From positions 210,001 to 242,000 of the forward strand of contig NZ_CP046579.1 in the NCBI RefSeq assembly GCF_013365475.1: a stretch of DNA of 32,000 nt, in the 5' to 3' direction. Position numbers and translations under genes: made by a program. The stretch is from Candidatus Saccharimonadota bacterium. GTDB lineage: Bacteria; Pseudomonadota; Alphaproteobacteria; Rickettsiales; Anaplasmataceae. Numbering within the stretch: the first letter of the stretch is position 1; each line of letters opens with the position of its first letter. The notes beneath the pieces were generated by a model, which did not search any database, had not been told where the DNA came from, and saw nothing but the letters and a program-made list of their open reading frames with translations. This document shows positions 9,138 to 18,163 of this stretch, in pieces.

Positions 9138-9575
9138 AACTGCTCTTTGTGTTAGAAATTTATTAACTTCTGAACAGAATTATTTAAGGCTTATATTTTT
9201 ATATCTTCTGTTTTCTCAAAATTTGGACTACTTGCTTGATAACTTTGGTGAATTTTTTAATTTTTTCTTTGTCTTTTTTTATGCTCTAGTCTTAAAGAAT
9301 TTCTTATTTTTATCATCGATTAGTAAATTAATTATCTTACGCTTACTCTGAGTTTCTTCCAGAAGTTTTTCATTGCTCCTTTTCAACTTTCATTTCCTTG
9401 AATAAGTTCGACTAAACTATAATAAGATTTTCATTGTTGTAGCATCTTTAGTATGCTTGATTATATATAATATTTGATAAGTTTGAGTTACATCATAATT
9501 GATATAAAATAATTGTCTCTTCCCAAATATAGAATTTATATTACAATACCTAGATTATATGAAATGAGGTACTTT

Positions 9576-10268
9576 ATGAGTGAGAAAAAATTAAAAGCTG
9601 CTGTCGTTTTATCAGGATGTGGGCATCTTGATGGCACTGAAGTAAGAGAAGGTGTACTGAGTCTACTTGTTCTTGATCAGCAAGAAGTTGAGGCTAAATG
9701 TTTTGCGCCTGATATTGATATTACACAGGTTATAGATCATAGATCAAAGGGGAAAATGAAAGAAAAAAGAAATGTACTTGTAGAAGCAGCAAGAATTGCA
9801 AGAGGTGAAATATGTGACATTAAAGAAGCAAAATCTGAAGGTTTTGACATGTTAGTGATACCAGGTGGGTATGGGGTTGTGAGAAATTTATCTGATTTAG
9901 CTGAAAATAAAGACACAATAACAGTATTGCCTGAATTCGAAAAGTTAGTTTCTGAGTTTTTCATTGCAAAAAAACCGATAGGTGCAATATGTATATCACC
10001 AGCAATAGTCGCTTTTATTTTAAGTAGCAGAATTGGGAAAGAAAAGAATAGAGTTAAGGTAACAATAGGGGATGATAAAGAGAAGTTAATAGAAAGACTA
10101 GGTGGTGAACATATAAAGTGTGATACAGAGTTATCAATAGAAGACGAAGAGCATAATGTGTTTTCCTGCTCTGCTTATATACGTAGTGATGAAGGCATGT
10201 GCTCTGTATATCAAGGAATAAAACACATGATTGACAGCATGGTAAGAAGGATTAATAAAAGAAGCTAG
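9576..10268 (+). CDS. elbB: ElbB-like DJ-1/PfpI (class I glutamine-amidotransferase-like) protein
   Basis: Motifs are AVVLSGCGHLDGTEVRE, LVIPGGYG and GAICISP (nucleophile-elbow Cys). I moved the start from the TTG at 9513 to the in-frame ATG at 9576, which is preceded by GAGG at 9566-9569. The 21-codon TTG extension looks non-native. Confidence 0.85.
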   Translation: MSEKKLKAAVVLSGCGHLDGTEVREGVLSLLVLDQQEVEAKCFAPDIDITQVIDHRSKGKMKEKRNVLVEAARIARGEICDIKEAKSEGFDMLVIPGGYGVVRNLSDLAENKDTITVLPEFEKLVSEFFIAKKPIGAICISPAIVAFILSSRIGKEKNRVKVTIGDDKEKLIERLGGEHIKCDTELSIEDEEHNVFSCSAYIRSDEGMCSVYQGIKHMIDSMVRRINKRS

Positions 10269-10385
10269 TCTCTACTTAGACTCATTATATAACTAACTGT
10301 TGAATTTTGTGTTTTTAGTTATATTATAGTTAAGTGTACTTGGTGTATACATAGTTTTTTAAATAGTAATGTAAAGGTACTCTGT

Positions 10386-10733
10386 ATGTCAGGTGATTTG
10401 TGGGGGTTTTTTATGGATGTTCCTACTGAAGGTTATCTAATTGAAAGTTCATATTGTGCTGGTGGTGAGTGTAGTTATTATACAGGGAATATTGATCCAA
10501 ATAACATTTGGGAGCTTAATCTAGCCTCTCTAGATGGAAAGATAGTAAAGAGGATTGGGGTTGATGTAATTAACTTTTCTGAGCCAAGAGTACGTTTTAG
10601 TATGGATGAAAATGGTGAAAAGGTCAATTTAGATATTTCTCCTGAGAATTGTGCAGTAACAGAGGACGGATTTCTTTGTATCAATAAAGACAAACAAAAT
10701 TATAGACTTAAGTTCTTGATAAAGAAAATGTAA
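10386..10733 (+). CDS. Hypothetical protein, 115 aa, four Cys, no recognisable family
   Basis: The ATG at 10386 is preceded by AAAGG (10373-10377), and an in-frame stop lies 21 nt upstream. I recognise no motif. It could be a lineage-specific gene or a gene fragment. Confidence 0.35.
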   Translation: MSGDLWGFFMDVPTEGYLIESSYCAGGECSYYTGNIDPNNIWELNLASLDGKIVKRIGVDVINFSEPRVRFSMDENGEKVNLDISPENCAVTEDGFLCINKDKQNYRLKFLIKKM

Positions 10734-11723
10734 TTTATATCTTGGTCTTGTATGTAATGTTCAACATAGTTGCTATTTTAGCTATAGTATATCGCTCTTC
10801 TCTTCTATGGTGTAGTGCATTGCTAATACATGGTTAGTGGTTATGTTTGCTTTTCTCTTCCCATTTCATCTGCTGGGTATAGCATGTGGCAATTTATTTA
10901 TCTTCAAATGCATTTTTTATAACAGTTTATTATTCAATAGTGCTTATCTTTATTGAATGCTAAAGTTTTACTGTGAAGTGCCTAATTTTATAGAGTTACA
11001 AATGTTCTATACTGAAGCCATCGTAAGAATCTAAGTGTTTAACGTCTTCTTACTAAGATAAATAACATGATTAAACTTGTGTACTCTATGTATTGTTCTG
11101 AGTCATTTCTTCATATATTATACTTTTTTTTGCCGGTGGTTTTCTTAAAATAGCTAAACGTACTCTCGCCAATGTTATCAAAGTGTATGGTGGCCCTTAG
11201 TGTAAGAGGATACTACTTTGTTTGTTATATGATACAACTCTGATAGTGTTTTTATCATCGATTTTACTTGACAAAGCAAATGTAAGCAAATTATTGTAGG
11301 TAATATATAAGTTTTGTATCGTCATAAAAATTTGTTTTATATATAATGATATTTTGTCAATAGTTCCTTGGGAGTTCCTTCTTATGAGGAAGTTTCTCTT
11401 TCGAGTAAATATTTCATATAATCCTTTGTATTTAAGCAAATTTAAGATGGAACGGAGCTATGCTGCTATATTTTCTGAATTACTTGACTTTTATTAAATC
11501 TATACATGATGATATTGTATGTGCATTTATTGTTATTGCGCCACTTCTATCGAAAATGAATGTTGCCTTATGCTAAAATGTTCTTTTTTGAGTTTTCTGT
11601 AGTACTAGATAGTTAAGTCTCTACAAAAAATTTATTATTATAGATATAAACAATGGTACTATAGAAATATAATGAGCACGGTTTATTTTTGAGGAATACT
11701 TGTATAAGGTCTGATTTAGAAAA

Positions 11724-12653
11724 ATGGAAATTATTTTAGCTGAACCACGTGGGTTCTGTGCAGGGGTCAAGAGAGCCATAGACATGTTAGCTATTACTTT
11801 AGAAAAGTATAAGGGTAAGCGGCAGGTCTATGTGCTACATGAGATTGTTCATAACAAATATATAGTAGAGGATTTTAAGGAACAAGGAGTGGTTTTTGTG
11901 AGTAGTATTGAGGATGTTAAGGATAATAATGGAATACTAATTTTTAGTGCACACGGAGTATCAAAAAATATAGAAGAGGAAGCAAAAAGGAATGGTATTC
12001 AAGTGATTGATGCAACATGTCCATTAGTTGGTAAGGTGCACAAAGAAGCAAAAAGACATAAAGATAATGGTAGAGAATTAATTCTAATTGGGCATGAAGC
12101 CCACCCAGAGGTTATTGGAATTAGAGGAAGAGTAGATAATCTTATCACTTTAGTGGGGACTATGGAAGATGTACATAATTTGAAAGTTAAAAATCCAGAT
12201 AATTTGTCCTATGTCACACAGACTACTTTAAGTGTTGACGATACTAAAGAAATTATTGCTGCTCTGAAGCTCAGGTTTCCAAAAATTACAGGTCCTGATT
12301 TAAGAAACATATGCTATGCAACACAAAATAGACAGAGTGCTGTAAAAAAATTAGTTGACCTTGTAGACATAGTACTAATTATAGGAAGTAAAAATAGCTC
12401 AAACTCGAATCGTTTATTAGATCTGTGTATTACAAAAGGAAGAAGGGCTTATTTAGTTGATAACTACAGCTGTGTGAACAAGAACTGGCTGCAAGGTATA
12501 AAAAAAGTAGGCATTACTGCAGGTGCCTCTGCTCCCAATATATTGGTTGATGAACTAATAGATTACCTAAAAATAAGTATGAGCGCAAAGATTTCAGTTA
12601 TGTCAGGTGGTATTACTGAGAATGTTAAGTTTAGAATAACGGATTTAGTATGA
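11724..12653 (+). CDS. ispH: 4-hydroxy-3-methylbut-2-enyl diphosphate reductase IspH/LytB
   Basis: 309 aa. Motifs are [31 protein letters not shown] and SSNSNRL, including the three cluster-ligand Cys positions typical of IspH. Confidence 0.95.
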   Translation: MEIILAEPRGFCAGVKRAIDMLAITLEKYKGKRQVYVLHEIVHNKYIVEDFKEQGVVFVSSIEDVKDNNGILIFSAHGVSKNIEEEAKRNGIQVIDATCPLVGKVHKEAKRHKDNGRELILIGHEAHPEVIGIRGRVDNLITLVGTMEDVHNLKVKNPDNLSYVTQTTLSVDDTKEIIAALKLRFPKITGPDLRNICYATQNRQSAVKKLVDLVDIVLIIGSKNSSNSNRLLDLCITKGRRAYLVDNYSCVNKNWLQGIKKVGITAGASAPNILVDELIDYLKISMSAKISVMSGGITENVKFRITDLV

Positions 12654-13662
12654 GGTACATTTTATTTACTTAAGTATCTATAATAGTTTTGATAGGCTTC
12701 CTGTATGAAAAAACTAAGAAAAGGTATATTGGCGGGTAAAATGAGATAAAACGTGTACCTTCATTTAAAAATACATGACTCTATTCTTAGCAGAAAACCT
12801 GTGTGGTAGACTCTATTAGTATTTCTACTGTAGTAAAATAAGGGTTTTTGACATGGAAAATAGTTTTTTAGTTAAAGTGAAAGGGATTGTTACCGGATGG
12901 TACGAGAATACATCAATGGTGGAGAACTTTTGTATTATAAAGACAGATTTTTGATCTTTCTTTCAGGGAAGATATTACGTTAAGTAAATTTAAGCTATCA
13001 GTGAGCCAAATTAGCTCCGGAATTCAATACTTTCAATTGACTTGATGCATACAAAGTTTTTAAAAACTGATAGCTTCTCCTCTTACATTCATGTAAGATA
13101 TATTTTTAGTTCTTCCAAAAACTCTTTATAGATTTAGGGTAGAGCTTGTGGCTTAGTTCAATAGCTATAACAGTTACACAAGTGTTAGTTACTAGTACTA
13201 ATAAACAAGATGATAACTCTTTCTAGAGCTTGTAGTTTATTGACTCAATTATCTAAATTGATGCACTGCTTGCAAATGTACAGTAGCTTTTTTTGATAAG
13301 TAAGAATGACTTTATCATGAACGAGTAAGAAGTATCGAGGAGTTTTACAATATTGCAGATTCTTACTCGCTCTACGTTTCTCGCTAGAAGCAATGGTTTC
13401 AATGATAAGCAACTTTGATAATTGAGGATCTGCGATTTTATTTTCATCTATCTATTTAGCATCTAATTTTGCCTTTCTTGGGTTGCTGTATAAAAAATAT
13501 GTTCGATCTCTGATTGTAGGTATGTAAATTTCTCACTACATTATTAATATTAAATCTATTTTGATTAAGTAAGGCAACTTCTTATCTCTAGAACTGTAAG
13601 TCCATGAGATCATATTACTTAAAGCTTATCTTAAAAACATAATCTTTTATTTGTTGAGATTA

Positions 13663-14982
13663 ATGGTTAAGTTATACTGCTATCCTGTATTGATAGAGTC
13701 AATTAGTATTGTGCAAAATAAAATAGGATTCTTAACTGTTTTTGCTTTAGTTATCAGTAGTCAGATTGGATCTGGTATTTTTATACTTCCTATCAGTATT
13801 GCACCATATGGTATTTATAGCCTTATAAGTTTAGTAATATCAGGAGCTGGTGCTGTATCTATTGCTTTAGTGTTTGCTACACTATGTACGAAATTTCCAG
13901 AGACTGGAGGACCTCATATCTATGCAAAATATGCTTTTGGTTCAACAGTAGCTTTCTTTGTAGGTTGGACTTATTGGGTAATCTCCTGGGTTAGCACAAC
14001 AGCTTTAGTGGTTGTTGGTGTTGGATATCTTACACCACTTTTTTGTGAAAATATCCAAAATATGAGTTTGATTTTAGAGTTACTATTACTCGTTATTATT
14101 ACGCTAGTAAATTTAAAAGAAATATCTACTGCTGGATATGTTGAACTTCTGATTGTGGTTGTAAAAGTTTTTGTGTTAGTTGTAATACCAATAGCTGCAT
14201 TGTTTCTTTTCGATAAGAACAACTTTATTATAAGTGAAGAAATCTCAAGTCTTACAATAAAGGAAATCCTTGCACGTTCTACACTGCTGACTTTATGGTG
14301 TTTTATTGGAGTTGAATTAGCAACATCACCTGCAGGGTCAGTAGATAATCCAAACAAAATCATACCAAAAGCTGTAGTACTTGGTACAATCTGTGTTGCT
14401 ATTATATACTTTATTAATAGTTTTGCAATTATGGGATTAATCAACGGTAACGATTTAGTAAATTCAAGGGCACCGTATGTTGATGCAATAAAAATTATGT
14501 CTTCTGGTAATTGGAATTTGGTCATTTCTATAATCGCATTTATCTTCTGTATTGGAAGCTTAAATGCGTGGGTTTTGTCTAGTGGACAAGTTGCTTTTGG
14601 TCTTGCAAAAGATAAACTCATACCACAATTCTTTGCCAAGAAGAATAGGTATGGATCTCCTTTTTTTGGAGTAATAACAAGCTCGATTGGAACTGCGATT
14701 TTGCTTATTTTTACATCAAACAAAAATTTTACTAGGCAGATTACATCAATTATAGATTTTTCTGTAATTTCATTCTTATTTGTATATCTTATATGCAGTC
14801 TTGCTTTTTTAAAAATTACCATAAAGGAAAGAAACTATTACAAGCTTTTAATTGGCATTATATCAACAACCTTTTGTTGCTGGGTAATACGTGAAACTTC
14901 TGTAGATAACTTGCTAGTTTCAAGCTTATTTACAGTAAGTGGTATACCTCTTTACTTATTTTGGTACCGCAAATCTTCTTAA
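13663..14982 (+). CDS. APC-superfamily amino-acid permease
   Basis: Multi-pass membrane protein with the N-terminal signature VISSQIGSGIFILP. The start is uncertain: TTG 13651 (track), ATG 13663 (used here) or GTG 13711 are all in frame. Confidence 0.85.
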   Translation: MVKLYCYPVLIESISIVQNKIGFLTVFALVISSQIGSGIFILPISIAPYGIYSLISLVISGAGAVSIALVFATLCTKFPETGGPHIYAKYAFGSTVAFFVGWTYWVISWVSTTALVVVGVGYLTPLFCENIQNMSLILELLLLVIITLVNLKEISTAGYVELLIVVVKVFVLVVIPIAALFLFDKNNFIISEEISSLTIKEILARSTLLTLWCFIGVELATSPAGSVDNPNKIIPKAVVLGTICVAIIYFINSFAIMGLINGNDLVNSRAPYVDAIKIMSSGNWNLVISIIAFIFCIGSLNAWVLSSGQVAFGLAKDKLIPQFFAKKNRYGSPFFGVITSSIGTAILLIFTSNKNFTRQITSIIDFSVISFLFVYLICSLAFLKITIKERNYYKLLIGIISTTFCCWVIRETSVDNLLVSSLFTVSGIPLYLFWYRKSS

Positions 14983-15014
14983 TAATCTGATATTAAAGTC
15001 TTAATAGTTGACGT

Positions 15015-15431
15015 TTACGGACCAAGATTCTTCTCCTCTTTATCCACCTGCTCAATATTGCTCCTCTTGAGCTTACTACATACTTTTTCTATATGCTTAT
15101 CATTTATATGATCCTCATTTTTTGTCTCCCTAGAGCGGATTGTTTGTAATCTCAGTTTTTTATGTATTCCCTTTTCAGATGTGAAAATCTTTGCTAGAAG
15201 GCCTCCTATCACTGGTATCGATTTTAGGAAATCTCTTGCCTTTGAAGGATGTTGTTCTGTTTTTGCAAACTGTGTTTTTATGATTTTTACTGCATACTTT
15301 TTATCATCAAAATTTATCTTATATTTTTTTTGTAAAAGAACATTTTGAACTCTTAAATTTTCAATCTTCTCAGTTTCTTGAGTCATATCTGGTACAGGTT
15401 TTACTTTGCTCTGATTGTATTCATTACTCAT
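15015..15431 (-). CDS. Hypothetical Lys-rich protein, 138 aa from ATG 15431 (156 aa if the TTG at 15485 is used)
   Basis: The frame is open on the minus strand and begins MSNEYNQSKVKPVP at the first ATG. There is one short hydrophobic or amphipathic stretch (FLKSIPVIGGLLAKIF). I see no signal peptide and no recognisable family. Confidence 0.4.
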   Translation of the reverse strand: MSNEYNQSKVKPVPDMTQETEKIENLRVQNVLLQKKYKINFDDKKYAVKIIKTQFAKTEQHPSKARDFLKSIPVIGGLLAKIFTSEKGIHKKLRLQTIRSRETKNEDHINDKHIEKVCSKLKRSNIEQVDKEEKNLGP

Positions 15432-15568
15432 CTTTTGATTATCGCGTAATATTACTAATATTGTGCGATAATAACTAAATTGCAATTAATTTCAAAGTAA
15501 AAATGTTAAAACAATTGTAAGTTTATCAGCAAGAGTCTAATATATACTTAGATTTAGAGGTTTTATCT

Positions 15569-16600
15569 ATGGGACATAGGATTGCTGTGATTGGAGCAAC
15601 TGGAAGAGTAGGGCGCGAGATGCTAAGTATACTAGCTGAATTTCAAGGTGAAGGAAAATTTTCAATAGATTTTATTATTGCATTTGGATCCAGAAAATCA
15701 GAGGGCAAAAAGGTGAGCTTTTGCAATGAGGAATTAACTGTATCATGCCTTGAAGGTTATGACTTTGTTGGAGTTAATATAGCTATTTTTTGTGCCGGAT
15801 ATTATATTTCTGAGAAATATGTGCCGATTGCCACGAAAGCAGGATGCATCGTAATAGACAATAGCTCCTATTTTAGAATGAAAAGAGGTGTACCACTGAT
15901 CATTCCTGAGGTTAATAAGGAAGAGATTATAGGGTATAAGAATTATAACATAATATCCAATCCAAATTGTACTGTAACACAGATGCTGTTAGCACTACAC
16001 CTATTGCATAAAGAAGCGAAGATAAAAAGGGTTATTGCTTCAACTTATCAATCAACTTCTGGCGCAGGTAAAGCAGCAATGGATGAGCTTTATGACCAAA
16101 CAAAAAAAGTCTTTATGAACGAGACTAAAAACCCTGAGGTATTCCCTAAGCAGATAGCGTTTAATTGTATTCCTCACATAGGAGAGTTTATGGAGGATGG
16201 CTCTACAGAAGAGGAATGGAAAATGCAAGAAGAAACAAAAAAAATTTTAGGGGAAGATATAAAATTAACTGCAACTTGTGTCAGAGTTCCTGTTTTTATT
16301 GGTCATGCTGTAGCAGTAAATATTGAGTTCGATCAGTGTATAACTGACGAACAAGCTCGTGAAATACTTGGTAAATCTGAAGATAATGGAATTTTGATAT
16401 GTGATAGACGAAAAAATGGTGGTGAATATGCAACTCAAATTGATGTTGTACAGGAAGATGCAGTGTACATATCTCGTATTAGGAGAGATAATACAGTCAA
16501 ACATGGATTAAACATGTGGATAGTAGCTGACAATTTGCGCAAAGGTGCAGCACTAAATATAGCACAGATCCTTGAGGTTTTGACTAAGGAATATTTGTAA
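15569..16600 (+). CDS. asd: Aspartate-semialdehyde dehydrogenase
   Basis: 343 aa. The NAD fold is IAVIGATGRVGREM and the active-site region is ISNPNCTVTQM. AGAGG lies upstream of the ATG. Confidence 0.95.
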   Translation: MGHRIAVIGATGRVGREMLSILAEFQGEGKFSIDFIIAFGSRKSEGKKVSFCNEELTVSCLEGYDFVGVNIAIFCAGYYISEKYVPIATKAGCIVIDNSSYFRMKRGVPLIIPEVNKEEIIGYKNYNIISNPNCTVTQMLLALHLLHKEAKIKRVIASTYQSTSGAGKAAMDELYDQTKKVFMNETKNPEVFPKQIAFNCIPHIGEFMEDGSTEEEWKMQEETKKILGEDIKLTATCVRVPVFIGHAVAVNIEFDQCITDEQAREILGKSEDNGILICDRRKNGGEYATQIDVVQEDAVYISRIRRDNTVKHGLNMWIVADNLRKGAALNIAQILEVLTKEYL

Positions 16601-16601
16601 A

Positions 16602-17648
16602 TTAATAACTTAAATCTATGTTAACATGTCCCATTTTACGCTTATCCCTAATCTCTTTTTTCCCATATATTGTTAAGCTAGCTTTTTTATCGCTTAAATA
16701 TCTATAGGAATCGTATATGCTATTACCTATTATATTCTTTGTCATACAAGGAAAGCGCAATACTACTTCTTGCATGGGTAATCCACATATTACTCTGACT
16801 AACTGTTCAAACTGGCTAATGTTGCATGCATCTAGACTCCAGTGGCAAGAATTATGAGGTCTTGGAGCAAGTTCATTGACTAACAGATCATTGTTTTTAG
16901 TAATGAAGAATTCAATTGCTAGGATCCCTATTATGTTAAGGGCACATGCCATTTTCTTCGCAATTTGCTGTACCTCTTGAATTAGCTTGCTTTCTATTTT
17001 AGCTGGTACAACTGAAGTATCAAGTATCCCATCAATATGGGAATTTTCAGCTATTGGGAAGAAAACCACTTTACCATTTCTGTCTCTTGCAATAACTATT
17101 GAAATCTCTTTTGCTAGGTCAATGCCTGCTTCAAGAATACGTTGTATATTCCAGTCGAAAGAAGCAAATTGCTCTGCTTCAGAAGCATTCCCAATTACAT
17201 ATTGTCCTTTACCATCATAACCCATTTCTGTTGTTTTTATTCTTAATGGATAGCCAAAAGTTCTGCTACTTTCTAGTAGATCATCATAACTTTGTATGCT
17301 TTTATAAGCAGCAGTTTTGATACCTAAATCTCTGATAAAGTCTTTTTCCCTAAGTCTATTTTGTAAAATATGTAGTGCTTTTTTACTAGGATAAAAGTCT
17401 ACATATTGCGATATGATATCAACTGCATTACATGGAACATTTTCAGATTCAATAGTAACTAAATTCACACTACGTGCAAAGGATTCAAGTGACTTTTCAT
17501 CAGATAGATCTGCTATTGTTAAGTTGTCAGTAACAGAGCAAGCAGGGTCATCTTTAGCGTTGGCAAAAACATGTGTTCTCTGCCCAAGCTTTGCTGCTGC
17601 AATAGCAATCATTTTACCTAACTGTCCACTACCTATTATGCCTATCAT
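16602..17648 (-). CDS. purK: N5-carboxyaminoimidazole ribonucleotide synthase PurK
   Basis: 348 aa ATP-grasp protein. Motifs are MIGIIGSGQLGKM and ELAPRPHNSCHW (the PurK-type RxHNSGHW region). Confidence 0.93.
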   Translation of the reverse strand: MIGIIGSGQLGKMIAIAAAKLGQRTHVFANAKDDPACSVTDNLTIADLSDEKSLESFARSVNLVTIESENVPCNAVDIISQYVDFYPSKKALHILQNRLREKDFIRDLGIKTAAYKSIQSYDDLLESSRTFGYPLRIKTTEMGYDGKGQYVIGNASEAEQFASFDWNIQRILEAGIDLAKEISIVIARDRNGKVVFFPIAENSHIDGILDTSVVPAKIESKLIQEVQQIAKKMACALNIIGILAIEFFITKNNDLLVNELAPRPHNSCHWSLDACNISQFEQLVRVICGLPMQEVVLRFPCMTKNIIGNSIYDSYRYLSDKKASLTIYGKKEIRDKRKMGHVNIDLSY

Positions 17649-17755
17649 TATTTTATCAAGTTATGTTCATTTATCACTGATAATTAGAATACGACAATAT
17701 ACTTGAATAGTCCATAAGAATGGTATACAACTAAAGTGTTGTTTTCCTGTTTGCC

Positions 17756-18163
17756 ATGATGACTCTAGAATATACACTCACTACTAACTCTGTTGAAGTA
17801 ACAGTTCTACCAGTTTATATTGAAGAACAATCTATTCCTTATGAAAATTGCTATGTATGGGTGTATAATGTTAAGATAAAAAATAAAGGCTCATCGACTA
17901 TTCAATTACTAAGTCGCCATTGGCAAATAATAGATTACAAGGGAAAGATAAATGAAATTGCAGGTATTGGAGTTATTGGCGAGCAACCTGTAATTAAGCC
18001 TGGAGAGGTATTTAAGTACACGAGCGGAACGTACTTAAATGCTCCATCTGGAGTAATGCAAGGCAAGTATGAGTTCTTAAACGAGGAAAACACGAAAACT
18101 TTTGAAGTTATGATACCACCTTTTTCTTTGGACAGCCCGTATACAAATATTAGGCCACATTAA
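17756..18163 (+). CDS. apaG: ApaG (DUF525) protein
   Basis: 135 aa. The ApaG core reads [40 protein letters not shown]. Confidence 0.9.
   Translation: MMTLEYTLTTNSVEVTVLPVYIEEQSIPYENCYVWVYNVKIKNKGSSTIQLLSRHWQIIDYKGKINEIAGIGVIGEQPVIKPGEVFKYTSGTYLNAPSGVMQGKYEFLNEENTKTFEVMIPPFSLDSPYTNIRPH

Noticed and set aside
9513-9575. Upstream N-terminal extensions in the ORF track: elbB from TTG 9513, the 138-aa orphan from TTG 15485 and tmk from ATG 26834
   Set aside because: In-frame ATGs downstream give N-termini that match the family norm (Tmk P-loop at residue ~8; ElbB AVVLSGCG near the N-terminus). The elbB ATG is also preceded by GAGG. The extensions look non-native.
16987-17706. Three plus-strand ORFs (77, 73 and 97 aa) inside purK, and the 79-aa minus-strand ORF inside asd (16265-16504)
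   Set aside because: They are antisense shadows of purK and asd and show no motifs.
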